A DNA stretch of 64,000 nt. Origin: an uncultured Bacteroidota bacterium (lineage in GTDB: Bacteria; Bacteroidota; Bacteroidia; Bacteroidales; DTGW01). Numbering within the stretch: position 1 is the first letter of the stretch; every line of letters starts with the position of its first letter. Below the pieces are notes generated by a model, which saw only the letters and a program-made list of their open reading frames with translations, was not told the origin of the DNA and made no database searches. Below are positions 11,359 through 21,537 of the stretch, piece after piece. Both the position numbers and the translations under genes were made by a program. The DNA lies in assembly GCA_963701015.1 (NCBI GenBank), contig OY969556.1, forward strand, positions 3,500,424-3,564,423. Reading direction: 5' to 3'.

Positions 11359-13371
11359 TTATTTTGAATCATATACTGACTTAATGGTCTGCTTTCTTAA
11401 AACTAATCCACTTCTGGCAGGTAAATATAATGGAAGCCCCGCAGGTAATAGCTGCGCGAAATAAGTAATGCTTTTATCTATTCTTTCCTGACCACCAAAT
11501 TCAGCATCATCAGTAGTAAAAATTATTGAATATTTCCCTGAAACGGAAGGTATATTATAGCCTGGGAATGATGTTTCGGGATTAAAATTAAATACAAAAA
11601 GCCAGCCATTCCTTTCATAAGCCAATACCTGTGCATTTTCATTTGCATGAATTAAAACCGGAAATAAAATGGAATAACAATCTGATTTTTCAATCCAATT
11701 TAACATTGCCTTATCAAAATTTAGCAACCAATGAAACTTAAGACTTAAATCATCGGCCAGGTTCCATTGCCGGCGGGCATAATGATACGACCAGTTATTC
11801 CCTTCGCGCGGGAAATCTATCCATTCCGGATGTCCAAACTCATTACCCATAAAATTTAAATAACCAGCACCTGCAGTAGTAAGTGTAAATAACCGAAGCA
11901 TTTTATGTAATGCGATGCCTCTGTCTATCACAACACTTTGGTTACTCTTACTCATATTAAAGTAAAGCTCCTTTTTAGTCAGTCGAAAGAAAATAGTTTG
12001 ATCACCAACAAGTGCCTGATCATGCGATTCGGTATATGAAATGGCCTTTTCATCTTTTCGGTGGCTAATTAATTCATAATACATTTGGCTTACATTCCAC
12101 TTTTCATCAGGTAATTCTTTTATCAATTTAATCCAATAATCCGGTACTCCCATGGCAAGTCTGTAATCAAAGCCAAAGCCCCCATATTCAAGAGGAGCAG
12201 CCAATCCTGGCATTCCACTCATTTCTTCTGCAATTGTTATTGCTTCAGGGTGAGCTTCGTGAATTAATTTATTAGCAAGAATTAAATAAGAAATAGCATC
12301 CTCATCTTCGTCATTATCATAATACATTTCATAATTCGTGAAATTTTTATTTAAACCATGATCGAGATATAACATGCTGGTAACGCCATCAAATCGAAAT
12401 CCATCAAACCTGAACTCATCTAACCAATATTGGCAATTCGATAGCAAAAAATGAACAACTTCGGGCTTTGCGTAATTGAAACATAACGAATCCCATGCAA
12501 CATGAAGCCTGCGATATCCTGAATGAAAATATTGATACGGTGTGCCATCAAAAAGGCCTAAACCTTCCGATTCATTTTTTACTGAATGCGAATGCACCAA
12601 ATCCATAATAACAGCCAACCCCATTTGATGGGCAGTATCAATGAGCGATTTTAAATCGTCGGGTGTACCAAAACGAGAAGATACTGCAAAGAAATTCGAA
12701 ACATGATAACCAAAAGAGCCATAATAAGGATGCTCCTGAATGGCCATTAACTGAATAGTATTATAGCCGGTATTTTTTATGCGGGGTAAAACATTATCCC
12801 TGAATTCAATATAACTACCAACCTTTCCTTCCTGGGTTGCCATTCCAACATGAGCTTCATAAATTAAAAGGTTTTTATGCGAAGGTTTAAAATTATTGAA
12901 TTGCCATTGATATGGCTTATCCGGAATCCATATTTCCGCATCAAAACCTAATGTTTTTGTATCCTGTACCATTCTGTTTCCCCATGCCGGCAACCGAAAT
13001 CCCTGCCCATTTTCCCAACGAATAAATAACTTATAATGCTGTTTATGGCTAAGTTCATTCAGAGGTAATATTATTTCCCAATTCCCAAATTCAAGCTTTT
13101 TTAAAGCATATTTTGGAAGAATCTCCCAATTCGAAAAATCGCCAACCAAATAAACTTCGGTTGCATTTGGCGCCCATTCGCGAAAAGTCCAATGGTCTTT
13201 TTCTTTATGCAGTCCAAAATACAAGTGCCCGGTTGCAAAATCCTGCAATTTTCTGTTTTTGCAGTATTGACGTTCCTTTTCACTGGCATTTAGCAATCGG
13301 GCTTGAATAACATCTTTAAAAGGAGCTAACCATGAATCATTCTTGACAATTATAGGGACGTTGACAGACAT
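11359..13371 (-). CDS. glgB: 1,4-alpha-glucan branching enzyme (GH13)
   Basis: 670 aa. GH13 conserved regions DLVHSH, GFRFDGVTS, IAEEMSG, ESHDQ. Confidence 0.85.
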   Translation of the reverse strand: MSVNVPIIVKNDSWLAPFKDVIQARLLNASEKERQYCKNRKLQDFATGHLYFGLHKEKDHWTFREWAPNATEVYLVGDFSNWEILPKYALKKLEFGNWEIILPLNELSHKQHYKLFIRWENGQGFRLPAWGNRMVQDTKTLGFDAEIWIPDKPYQWQFNNFKPSHKNLLIYEAHVGMATQEGKVGSYIEFRDNVLPRIKNTGYNTIQLMAIQEHPYYGSFGYHVSNFFAVSSRFGTPDDLKSLIDTAHQMGLAVIMDLVHSHSVKNESEGLGLFDGTPYQYFHSGYRRLHVAWDSLCFNYAKPEVVHFLLSNCQYWLDEFRFDGFRFDGVTSMLYLDHGLNKNFTNYEMYYDNDEDEDAISYLILANKLIHEAHPEAITIAEEMSGMPGLAAPLEYGGFGFDYRLAMGVPDYWIKLIKELPDEKWNVSQMYYELISHRKDEKAISYTESHDQALVGDQTIFFRLTKKELYFNMSKSNQSVVIDRGIALHKMLRLFTLTTAGAGYLNFMGNEFGHPEWIDFPREGNNWSYHYARRQWNLADDLSLKFHWLLNFDKAMLNWIEKSDCYSILFPVLIHANENAQVLAYERNGWLFVFNFNPETSFPGYNIPSVSGKYSIIFTTDDAEFGGQERIDKSITYFAQLLPAGLPLYLPARSGLVLRKQTIKSVYDSK

Positions 13372-13576
13372 TGCTTATTTTTTATTTACGATGCAATTTA
13401 AAAAAGAATTAGTACATTTCTTATTAATTCAACATTAATTAGAAGTTATAAGAAATTAAATAAATTGGAGAGAAATATCAGATAATAATTGTACATCAAA
13501 AAATGAAGAAGTTTTATTATCTTAGCATTTTTCTGAATATATACAATAAACAATAATTTTATAAGGTTCCATAAAT

Positions 13577-14539
13577 ATGAGGCTGTATATAGTAATTGCA
13601 AGCTTAATTTTGTTCAAATCTTTGGCTTATTCGCAATCTGTCGAATTTATGGACAAGGATAGGATAAGCAAAAATAAAATCCGTACCCAGACGCTTTATG
13701 AATATGATTATAAAAATGGGAAACCCGAAAGTAAAGGAACTAAGGCGAGAATAGATAGTTTCGACATATTGGGAAACCGTGTTATGGAAGTGAATTACAG
13801 GGCTACCGGTACTATTCATTATATTATGTCTTATAAATACGATGGTTCGGGCAACAAAACTGAATATGCAAAATATTCCGGCAACGATCGTAAATTGAAT
13901 TATAAAGAAAGTATTAAATTCGATTCAAAGGGAAATAAACTCTATGAAAATGGTTTTAATGGTGTTGACACTTTTCGTATTACATATAATTACAATCGCT
14001 TTGAAAAGTTAGCCGAGGTTAACCAGTTTATTTTAAGAAATTTGAATGAAAAACGATCCTTTTCATATAAAGAAAATACTGCTGATATTAAAGTCACTGA
14101 TGGAGATGGAAAATTAAAATTTATCCAGAAAAACACGTACAGCCCAACCGGAAAAATTATTGAAGAATCACAAATTGAACCCGATAATACAGAATCAAGG
14201 AGAGTGTTTTATTCCTACGATTCAAATGATAATTTAACAAGTGAAACAAAATTTATTAAAGGAAAACAAATAGGTAAAATTACCAGAATATATAATAATA
14301 AAGGCTTGTTAAGCGAAGTGTACCAAGAAGGGGTGAATATGCCTAAATTTATGACCAATAAATATACTTATAACGATAAAAACTGGCTTATTGAAGAACT
14401 TTCACGATCCGAACCAAACGATGAGTTCTCAAAAAACACTTTCACTTATGACGATAATGGAATTTGCAAAACAATTGATAGTTATTATGCAAGTTTTAAA
14501 CAACAAGTTTTAAGTGTGTTTGTTTATACTACCTATTAA
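13577..14539 (+). CDS. secreted repeat protein of unknown function (YD/RHS-like short repeats)
   Basis: 320 aa with signal peptide. About nine degenerate repeats of the form Y-x-Y-D-x-x-G-N/K (YEYDYKNGK, YKYDGSGNK, YSYDSNDNL, FTYDDNGI). Confidence 0.4.
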   Translation: MRLYIVIASLILFKSLAYSQSVEFMDKDRISKNKIRTQTLYEYDYKNGKPESKGTKARIDSFDILGNRVMEVNYRATGTIHYIMSYKYDGSGNKTEYAKYSGNDRKLNYKESIKFDSKGNKLYENGFNGVDTFRITYNYNRFEKLAEVNQFILRNLNEKRSFSYKENTADIKVTDGDGKLKFIQKNTYSPTGKIIEESQIEPDNTESRRVFYSYDSNDNLTSETKFIKGKQIGKITRIYNNKGLLSEVYQEGVNMPKFMTNKYTYNDKNWLIEELSRSEPNDEFSKNTFTYDDNGICKTIDSYYASFKQQVLSVFVYTTY

Positions 14540-14570
14540 TTCAAATTTTTAAATAATTTTTAATTCTAAC

Positions 14571-15524
14571 TTGAAAGTACATAGTTTTCAGGATATCAAC
14601 AAATCGTTGTTTAAAAATGCAATTACAACTGTAGGCTTTTTTGATGGCATTCATAAAGGGCATTTACAAATTATTAATTCCCTGATTGAGAAAGCAAAAA
14701 AAACTAATGGTGAAACCGTAATTGTAACACTTTGGCCGCATCCGCGAACAATAGTGCATGATCAAAAAGATATAAAACTTCTCAGTACATTCAATGAAAA
14801 AATTGAACTCTTAAAACAAAGTGGTATTGATCATACGGTAATTATTCCTTTTTCAAAAGACATTGCTGAAACTTCAGCAGTAGAATTCTTTCATAAAATA
14901 TTAATTGATAAAATCGGTACCAAATCACTTATGATTGGATTCGATAATCATTTTGGGAAAAATAAAGAAGGCAATTATACAATTCTGAAAAATGAGGCAA
15001 ATAAAGCTGATTGTGAAATTACCCATTTGGAACCATTTTTTATTGGCGAAGAAAGGGTAAGTTCAACTGAAATACGCCTGTTTTTAGAATTGGGAAATAT
15101 TGAAAAAGCAAATAAATTTTTAGGTTACCAATATACCATTTCCGGAATTGTTGTAAAAGGCCAAATGCTTGGCCGAACAATCGGATTTCCAACAGCAAAT
15201 ATTGTTCCCGATAAATGGAAAATGATCCCGGGTATTGGTGTTTATGCTGTACTTGTTAAAGTTGAAAATAAAACCTACCAGGGAATGCTGAATATAGGTT
15301 TCAGGCCAACTGTTGACAAAACACTTTTACATAAAACCATTGAAGCAAACTTATTTAATTTTAACGACAATTTGTACGAAAAAGAAATTACGGTTACTTT
15401 TGTAGCCCGTATGCGAAACGAAATGAAATTCTCAGGAATTGAGGAACTAAAAAGCAGACTTGAAAAAGATAAAGTTGATGCCCAAAAAATATTGAACAGC
15501 ATCAATTTTAATTCTCAATTATAA
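14571..15524 (+). CDS. ribF: bifunctional riboflavin kinase / FAD synthetase
   Basis: 317 aa, TTG start in the ORF track. [10 protein letters not shown] nucleotidyltransferase motif. C-terminal riboflavin kinase blocks GFPTANI and NIGFRPT. Confidence 0.85.
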   Translation: MKVHSFQDINKSLFKNAITTVGFFDGIHKGHLQIINSLIEKAKKTNGETVIVTLWPHPRTIVHDQKDIKLLSTFNEKIELLKQSGIDHTVIIPFSKDIAETSAVEFFHKILIDKIGTKSLMIGFDNHFGKNKEGNYTILKNEANKADCEITHLEPFFIGEERVSSTEIRLFLELGNIEKANKFLGYQYTISGIVVKGQMLGRTIGFPTANIVPDKWKMIPGIGVYAVLVKVENKTYQGMLNIGFRPTVDKTLLHKTIEANLFNFNDNLYEKEITVTFVARMRNEMKFSGIEELKSRLEKDKVDAQKILNSINFNSQL

Positions 15525-15543
15525 TAATTTAAATAACAAAAAA

Positions 15544-16968
15544 ATGAGCGTAAGTTCGAATTTAACGAAATCCCTTCCTTACAAAGTTAAGGATATGAGT
15601 CTTGCCGAATTCGGCAGGAAGGAAATTGACATTGCCGAAATGGAAATGCCTGGACTGATGGCTATTAGAAAAAAGTATGCAGGTCAAAAACCCTTAAAAG
15701 GAGCCCGGATAAGTGGTTCCTTGCACATGACTATCCAAACCGCTGTGTTAATTGAAACATTGGCTGACCTTGGCGCTGATGTACGGTGGGCAAGTTGTAA
15801 CATTTTTTCCACGCAGGATCATGCTGCTGCTGCAATTGCAGCTAAAGGCATTCCGGTATTTGCATGGAAAGGTGAAACTTTGGTAGAATATTGGTGGTGC
15901 ACCGATCAATGCCTGAGTTTCCCGAATGGACAAGGCCCAAACCTGATTGTAGATGATGGCGGCGATGCCACATTAATGGTTCATTGGGGTTACAAAGCCG
16001 AAAATGAACCTTCGTTTCTTGATAGAAAATCTTCAAATAATGAAGAACAGATTATTTTGGAACAATTACAAACTATTTATACTGAGGACAAAACCCGCTG
16101 GCATCGTACAGTAAAAAATTTAAAAGGTGTTTCGGAAGAAACTACAACTGGGGTTCATCGCTTATACCAAATGATGGAAAAGGGAGAATTGTTAATTCCT
16201 GCCATCAACGTTAATGATTCAGTTACAAAATCGAAATTCGATAATCTTTATGGATGTCATGAATCATTGGCCGACGGTATTAAACGTGCCACCGATGTAA
16301 TGATAGCTGGTAAAGTGGCTGTAATTCTGGGCTTTGGCGATGTTGGTAAAGGATGTGCCCGATCTATGAAATCATATGGAGCACGTGTTATTGTTACCGA
16401 AATTGATCCAATAAATGCTTTACAAGCCGTTATGGAAGGTTTTCAGGTAACAACAATTGAAGAGGCTCTTGCCGAAGGCAATATATATGTTACAACTACT
16501 GGAAATGCAGATGTTATAACAATTGAGCATCTTTCAAAAATGAAAGATCAGGCAATTGTTTGTAATATTGGCCATTTTGACAATGAAATTCAGGTCGAAA
16601 AACTTGTTACATTCAAAGGAATAAAGCATTTGAATATAAAACCTCAAGTTGATAAATATACATTTCCTGACGGTCATTCAATATTCTTATTGGCTGAAGG
16701 CCGCCTGGTAAATCTTGGTTGTGCAACCGGACATCCTTCGTTTGTAATGAGTAATTCATTTACAAATCAAACCCTTGCTCAGCTTGACTTATGGACAAAC
16801 AATTATAAAGTTGATGTTTACAGGCTTTCAAAGAAGCTTGACGAAGAAGTTGCACGTTTGCATCTTGATCAGTTAGGTGTTAAGCTTACCCGTTTAACAC
16901 AAAAACAAGCCGATTATATTGGCGTGCCAGTTGATGGGCCTTATAAGCCGGAACATTACAGATATTAA
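15544..16968 (+). CDS. ahcY: adenosylhomocysteinase
   Basis: 474 aa with highly conserved AhcY sequence throughout ([43 protein letters not shown]). Confidence 0.95.
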   Translation: MSVSSNLTKSLPYKVKDMSLAEFGRKEIDIAEMEMPGLMAIRKKYAGQKPLKGARISGSLHMTIQTAVLIETLADLGADVRWASCNIFSTQDHAAAAIAAKGIPVFAWKGETLVEYWWCTDQCLSFPNGQGPNLIVDDGGDATLMVHWGYKAENEPSFLDRKSSNNEEQIILEQLQTIYTEDKTRWHRTVKNLKGVSEETTTGVHRLYQMMEKGELLIPAINVNDSVTKSKFDNLYGCHESLADGIKRATDVMIAGKVAVILGFGDVGKGCARSMKSYGARVIVTEIDPINALQAVMEGFQVTTIEEALAEGNIYVTTTGNADVITIEHLSKMKDQAIVCNIGHFDNEIQVEKLVTFKGIKHLNIKPQVDKYTFPDGHSIFLLAEGRLVNLGCATGHPSFVMSNSFTNQTLAQLDLWTNNYKVDVYRLSKKLDEEVARLHLDQLGVKLTRLTQKQADYIGVPVDGPYKPEHYRY

Positions 16969-16975
16969 AATAATT

Positions 16976-17000
16976 GAACCCCGGAATTCCGGGGTTCTTT
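16976..17000. terminator. bidirectional intrinsic terminator between convergent genes
   Basis: Perfect 22-nt palindrome gaaccccggaattccggggttc (16976-16997), flanked by A/T runs on both sides, between the ahcY stop and the stop of 16999..17556(-). Confidence 0.6.
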
Positions 17001-17556
17001 ATTTCCAAATACTTAATACACCACGAATATCATCCAAGCTGGTATGGTATTGAACCAAAGGCATGGTTGCCATGCTTCCTTGTGCTGGAATTCCTTCATC
17101 ACTTATCATAAACACTGATTTACAACATGGACAAGTACAAGTAAATTCATAAACATTAACATTTACTCCACAATGATCAGTTAAACCATTATAAGTGCAT
17201 GTTCTATCATAAACTTCGTAAGTTGATACATCTTTTCTGTATAATATCAAACCATTACCATAGGTTCTTCCTAAAATAACAATATTCTTTAATTTTGAAT
17301 TGTGAAAATTTAATATGCTATACTCAGTTAAAGTTTCCGTACTGGCTGAATCAGGAGTAATAGTGATCATTTGACCAATCCCCAGGTTTACAAGGTCAGT
17401 ATTGGCATTTATTTGCAAGTTCACGGTAACATTAGGAATATTGGCATAATTTTCCTTTCCGCAACTCGTTAACAAATTTAGGAATAACATAATACCTAAA
17501 AAATTTCCTAATTTTGAATATAATGGATTAGGCATGGACAATTTATTTAGCTCCAA
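16999..17556 (-). CDS. hypothetical lipoprotein with Cys-rich Rieske-like C-terminal region
   Basis: 185 aa with lipoprotein signal (LLTSCGK). C-terminal CTYNGLTDHCG...CTCPCCKSVF laid out like a Rieske motif but with the His ligands replaced. Confidence 0.4.
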   Translation of the reverse strand: MELNKLSMPNPLYSKLGNFLGIMLFLNLLTSCGKENYANIPNVTVNLQINANTDLVNLGIGQMITITPDSASTETLTEYSILNFHNSKLKNIVILGRTYGNGLILYRKDVSTYEVYDRTCTYNGLTDHCGVNVNVYEFTCTCPCCKSVFMISDEGIPAQGSMATMPLVQYHTSLDDIRGVLSIWK

Positions 17557-17893
17557 AATTAGATTTTATAACGTGAAATTTGCGTTAAATGTTATCCTAT
17601 TATTAATTATTACACTTTCATCTCCCGCGCAAAAAAAATTTACAGATGCTGATGCTGAAAAAAAAAAGGAAGAAATTAAGGAAAAACAAGATGCAGAATA
17701 CGAACAGAAACGTCAGGATTTTTTAAAGCACCGGTTAGCTATACAATCAAAAGCAACCAAAAAAAGAATGATAGCCAATCAAAAACTTACGGAAAGATAT
17801 TATCGCAAATGTTCTTTCAAATCAATATTTCAAACAATTTTATTCAGAAAGCGAAATCAAAAAAAATTTCATTATAAATTAACTAATTTTTAA
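17534..17893 (+). CDS. hypothetical small Lys-rich protein (doubtful)
   Basis: 119-aa ORF overlapping the 5' end of the divergent gene by 23 nt. Has a possible signal peptide (internal GTG near 17573) and contains an A10 tract. No family recognised. Confidence 0.2.
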   Translation: MDNLFSSKIRFYNVKFALNVILLLIITLSSPAQKKFTDADAEKKKEEIKEKQDAEYEQKRQDFLKHRLAIQSKATKKRMIANQKLTERYYRKCSFKSIFQTILFRKRNQKKFHYKLTNF

Positions 17894-18033
17894 AATAAAT
17901 GTTCTACTTCAATTAAAATTTTATAATTTTAGTGCTTATCAAAATTTAAAATGAAAATAAAAATACATCCCAGAAAATATATCGTCTGGGTAAGCTCATC
18001 TGGATAATTTTGCAAATAGGATAGGTAAATTTA

Positions 18034-18041
18034 TATATTTG
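18034..18041 (+). promoter_or_regulatory. candidate Bacteroidota -7 promoter box (TAnnTTTG) upstream of greA
   Basis: tatatttg lies 70 nt upstream of the greA ATG. A second match, taattttg, is at 18005-18012. Confidence 0.35.
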
Positions 18042-18110
18042 CAAAAAGGGTTTCAGGATACTGAAATTCTTTTTTGTTTTTAATTAAGTTAATAACTAAG
18101 AGAATAAGAT

Positions 18111-18584
18111 ATGTCAAAAGTTTCGTACATAACCGAAGAAGGATTGCAAAGGCTTAAATCAGAACTAGATCACATGGTAAATGTTGAACGACCTTCTATA
18201 TCAAGGCAAATTGCTGAAGCTCGTGATAAGGGTGACTTGTCAGAAAATGCTGAATATGATGCTGCCAAAGATGCACAGGGAATGCTTGAAATGCGTATTG
18301 CAAAGCTCGAAGAAATTGTTGCCAATTCGCGAATAATTGATGAAACAAAAATTGATACATCAAAAGTTCAGATTTTAAATAAGGTTAAAATAAAAAATAA
18401 AAAGACGAATTCTGTACTTGAATATACAATTGTTTCGGAAAGCGAAGCAAATTTGAAGGAAGGAAAATTAGCCGTAAGCAGCCCTATTGCAAAATCGCTT
18501 TTAGGCAAAAAAGTTGGCGATGTGGTTGAAACTACAGTGCCTTCAGGGCAAGTTGCATTTGAGATTCTTAACATTTCAAGATAA
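18111..18584 (+). CDS. greA: transcription elongation factor GreA
   Basis: 157 aa. GDLSENAEYDAAK acidic-tip motif of Gre factors. Confidence 0.9.
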   Translation: MSKVSYITEEGLQRLKSELDHMVNVERPSISRQIAEARDKGDLSENAEYDAAKDAQGMLEMRIAKLEEIVANSRIIDETKIDTSKVQILNKVKIKNKKTNSVLEYTIVSESEANLKEGKLAVSSPIAKSLLGKKVGDVVETTVPSGQVAFEILNISR

Positions 18585-18589
18585 TCGAA

Positions 18590-18982
18590 ATGGCTTCAAT
18601 ATTTACAAAAATTGTGCTAGGTGAAATTCCTTGTTACAAAGTGGCAGAAGATGCCGATTTTCTTGCATTTCTCGATATTAACCCTTTGGCAAAAGGACAT
18701 AGTCTTGTAATTCCTAAAAAGGAAATAGATTATATTTTTGATGTAGATGATGCGTTGTTATCAAAAATGATTGTATTTGCTAAAAAAATAGCGAAAGCGA
18801 TTGATAAGAGTATCCCATGTAAAAGAGTTGCCGTTGTTGTTCTTGGATTAGACGTACCTCATGCCCATATTCATCTTATACCTATGAACAGCGCATCAGA
18901 TATCAATTTTTCGAACACGAAATTAAAACTTTCCAAAGAAGATTTTGAGCAAATCGCGCACAAAATAATTTCAGCCTATTAA
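18590..18982 (+). CDS. HIT family (histidine triad) protein
   Basis: 130 aa. Histidine triad HAHIHLIP. Confidence 0.85.
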   Translation: MASIFTKIVLGEIPCYKVAEDADFLAFLDINPLAKGHSLVIPKKEIDYIFDVDDALLSKMIVFAKKIAKAIDKSIPCKRVAVVVLGLDVPHAHIHLIPMNSASDINFSNTKLKLSKEDFEQIAHKIISAY

Positions 18983-19041
18983 TATCTATTTATTACTATA
19001 CATTGTATTTCGGCTTAATTACATTGTTTCAATGATTTTCA

Positions 19042-19719
19042 TTAAATTTCAGAGCTTTTTAAAGATGTATTAAAACCTTTTATAAAAAGCCATAGCGGAA
19101 ACACTATCAATTCCCATAAACCACCAGGAATATATAATGCTGAACCTAATCCATTTGTTGTATCTATAACGCCACATATATCGAGTACTGCACTTATTAG
19201 TAGAAAAAAGTATCCTATTCCTCCCAAAATTGACAAAAATCGCGGTACAAGCTGTGATATATAAAGTGAATAACACAGAAATAAACTTCCAAATCCTAAT
19301 ATTATCATGGCTATTTGAAATCCATAATATTTTATTTTTAGAGCCAAAGTAATTGCAATCGCATAATTGGAAACTGTCTCACTTGTATAATTTTTACCTA
19401 AAGCAATAATATACAGATAACAAATAGCGCCAACTATAAGCAGCAAACTTTCAATTGTTCTAAGTATCACATATGTAAGAGCAATGGTTTCACTATGTTT
19501 TTTAACAACAGGAAAGAAATTTATAGCAATAAAAACAATTCCAATTGACATAACCAAAACAGAAAATACACCCACCAATAATTTACTATCAATTTGTAAA
19601 ATATTCACGATTGGTTGTTTAAATTCTGGCGCAACAAAATAAGCATCAATCATACCAACAAGTGTTGTAAATATGAATAATGATCCAATAATTACCGCGT
19701 TTTTTTTGTATGTATTCAT
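19042..19719 (-). CDS. DUF4386-like integral membrane protein
   Basis: 225 aa with about 6 TM helices. The C-terminal pattern (S-x-LVPRFLSILGGIGY ... WELIVFPLWLFIKGF) matches my memory of DUF4386. Confidence 0.5.
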   Translation of the reverse strand: MNTYKKNAVIIGSLFIFTTLVGMIDAYFVAPEFKQPIVNILQIDSKLLVGVFSVLVMSIGIVFIAINFFPVVKKHSETIALTYVILRTIESLLLIVGAICYLYIIALGKNYTSETVSNYAIAITLALKIKYYGFQIAMIILGFGSLFLCYSLYISQLVPRFLSILGGIGYFFLLISAVLDICGVIDTTNGLGSALYIPGGLWELIVFPLWLFIKGFNTSLKSSEI

Positions 19720-19786
19720 AGTATAAACTTTATTTTTTTGATTGATTTTGTATAATGCCTATTTCAAGCTCTCTACAATTCTACCA

Positions 19787-20356
19787 TTATATATTTTTCT
19801 CAATATAATTAATCAGGCTGTGAATTGCTTTAATATGAATTTCCTGAACGCGATCGGAATATTTTGATTGTGGGGCACGTATCTCAACATCAGCAATTAA
19901 TGCCAGCTTTCCACCAGTCTTTCCTGTAAGTGCAACAATTTTCATTCCCTTTTGCTTGGCAACATTTGCTGCATTTAATATATTCTCGGAATTGCCACTG
20001 GTACTAATTGCCAGTAAAACATCGCCATTATTGCCTAATGCTTCAATATATCTTGAAAAAACTGCATTAAACCCATAATCATTGGCAACACAAGTAATAT
20101 GAGCAGCATCGGATATTGCTATTGCTGGCAGAGCCTTTCTGTCATCACGAAACCGACCACTCAACTCTTCGGCAAAATGCATTGCGTCGCACATACTTCC
20201 ACCATTTCCACACGAAAGTATTTTATTGCCGTTTTTTAAAGCATTCACCATTATGTTACCGGCGCTAACAAGCTTCTCAAAATTTTTAGGATCGGCAATA
20301 TATTTTGTAAGCACTTCATGCGCTTCTTTAAAATCCGACTCAAATATGTTTTCCAT
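19787..20356 (-). CDS. gmhA: D-sedoheptulose-7-phosphate isomerase (SIS domain)
   Basis: 189 aa. CGNGGSMCDAMHFAEEL and ISTSGNS blocks are typical of GmhA. Confidence 0.8.
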   Translation of the reverse strand: MENIFESDFKEAHEVLTKYIADPKNFEKLVSAGNIMVNALKNGNKILSCGNGGSMCDAMHFAEELSGRFRDDRKALPAIAISDAAHITCVANDYGFNAVFSRYIEALGNNGDVLLAISTSGNSENILNAANVAKQKGMKIVALTGKTGGKLALIADVEIRAPQSKYSDRVQEIHIKAIHSLINYIEKNI

Positions 20357-20519
20357 TTAAATAATTTATAAGAACAAAAATCGTAAAACAATCTATGAAA
20401 AAAAAATAATATAGTTTTAAACTAATTTTTTGAAAGAATTTTTAAACAAGCAGTCAAATGAATTGTTTCTATAATAAAATTGATTTGAAATTTACATATA
20501 GTAACTAAAAATCATTGCT

Positions 20520-21137
20520 TTGAAAACTAAATTTTACTTATCCATTATTTTAGTATTTGTTTTGGTAAATCATATTTTTGCCAAAACTGATACTATATCG
20601 AATGTTGGTTATACATTCTCCCCTTCAACTTTAACTATTAATGTTGGCGATATTGTTATATTTTCACTTGCTAATATTCATGATGCTGTTGAAGTTAACA
20701 AAGATGTTTGGGATGCCGAAGGAAACACATCCAATGGTGGGTTTAGTGTTGGTTACGGTGGAGGTACTGTGGTATTCAATACCGCTGGTACGTTCTATTA
20801 TGTATGTCAACCACATGCAAGTTTGGGAATGAGAGGTGAAATAATTGTAAATTCTACTACTTCAATAAATATTGAGAATAAATCTTTTGCACCCAATATT
20901 TATCCTAATCCGGCAAGTGAAGTTATTAATGCCGATTTGAAGAATTTCAGCGGAGATGTTCGAATAAATATTTATGATATTACAGGTAAACTGGTCTTAA
21001 ACAATGAATTGAAAGTATCGGATCAAATGTCATTGCAACAAATTGACATAAGTAAATTAAATGCTGGAAAATATTTAATTCAATTTATTTCAAACCAACA
21101 TACGTCAACTCTATCATTTGTTAAAGTACAGCGTTAA
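20520..21137 (+). CDS. plastocyanin/azurin-like cupredoxin with T9SS C-terminal sorting domain
   Basis: 205 aa, TTG start, signal peptide. Type-1 copper ligand pattern YYVCQPHASLGM (C-x2-H-x4-M). C-terminal 80 aa (IYPNPASE...KYLIQF...) resembles a Por/T9SS sorting domain. Confidence 0.7.
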   Translation: MKTKFYLSIILVFVLVNHIFAKTDTISNVGYTFSPSTLTINVGDIVIFSLANIHDAVEVNKDVWDAEGNTSNGGFSVGYGGGTVVFNTAGTFYYVCQPHASLGMRGEIIVNSTTSINIENKSFAPNIYPNPASEVINADLKNFSGDVRINIYDITGKLVLNNELKVSDQMSLQQIDISKLNAGKYLIQFISNQHTSTLSFVKVQR

Positions 21138-21468
21138 AGTGATTTTGAATTTTTAATTTTAGCTTTATTTTCATTTCAATTTTTATCCATGCAAGTTATC
21201 TTTTTTGCTGGAAAAATTGAAATTTACAATTTGTTGATTAAATTATTTCAAAAAAGGATTTGCAATAACCAGCATCTTACTGTATATTAGTTTTTTATAA
21301 CTAAATAAATAATGAGAAATTCTATAATATTATTGATGAAAAACTTGTATTTACCTTCAAATTATAGTACTTTAGATTCATAATTGGTACCAATGCGTAA
21401 ATGGTGTAGGCCATAAAACGCCGAAGAAAAGGGCTTCCTGTAAGTCCCAAAATTTTCAAAAAAATTAA

Positions 21469-21517
21469 AACCGCCTGACAGGAACAAAAATTATAAACCT
21501 CCAGGCGGTTATTTTTT
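21469..21517. terminator. hairpin with flanking A/T runs downstream of cysK (possibly bidirectional)
   Basis: aaccgcctg (21469-21477) pairs with caggcggtt (21502-21510). Followed by atttttt on the + strand and preceded by aaaaattaaa (T-run on the - strand). Confidence 0.45.
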
Positions 21518-21537
21518 AGTTACTATATACTGCTTTT

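Noticed and set aside
17658-17667. A10 homopolymer inside the doubtful ORF 17534-17893, considered as a phase-variable tract.
   Set aside because: The host ORF itself is poorly supported, and A/T runs of this length are common in this AT-rich genome.
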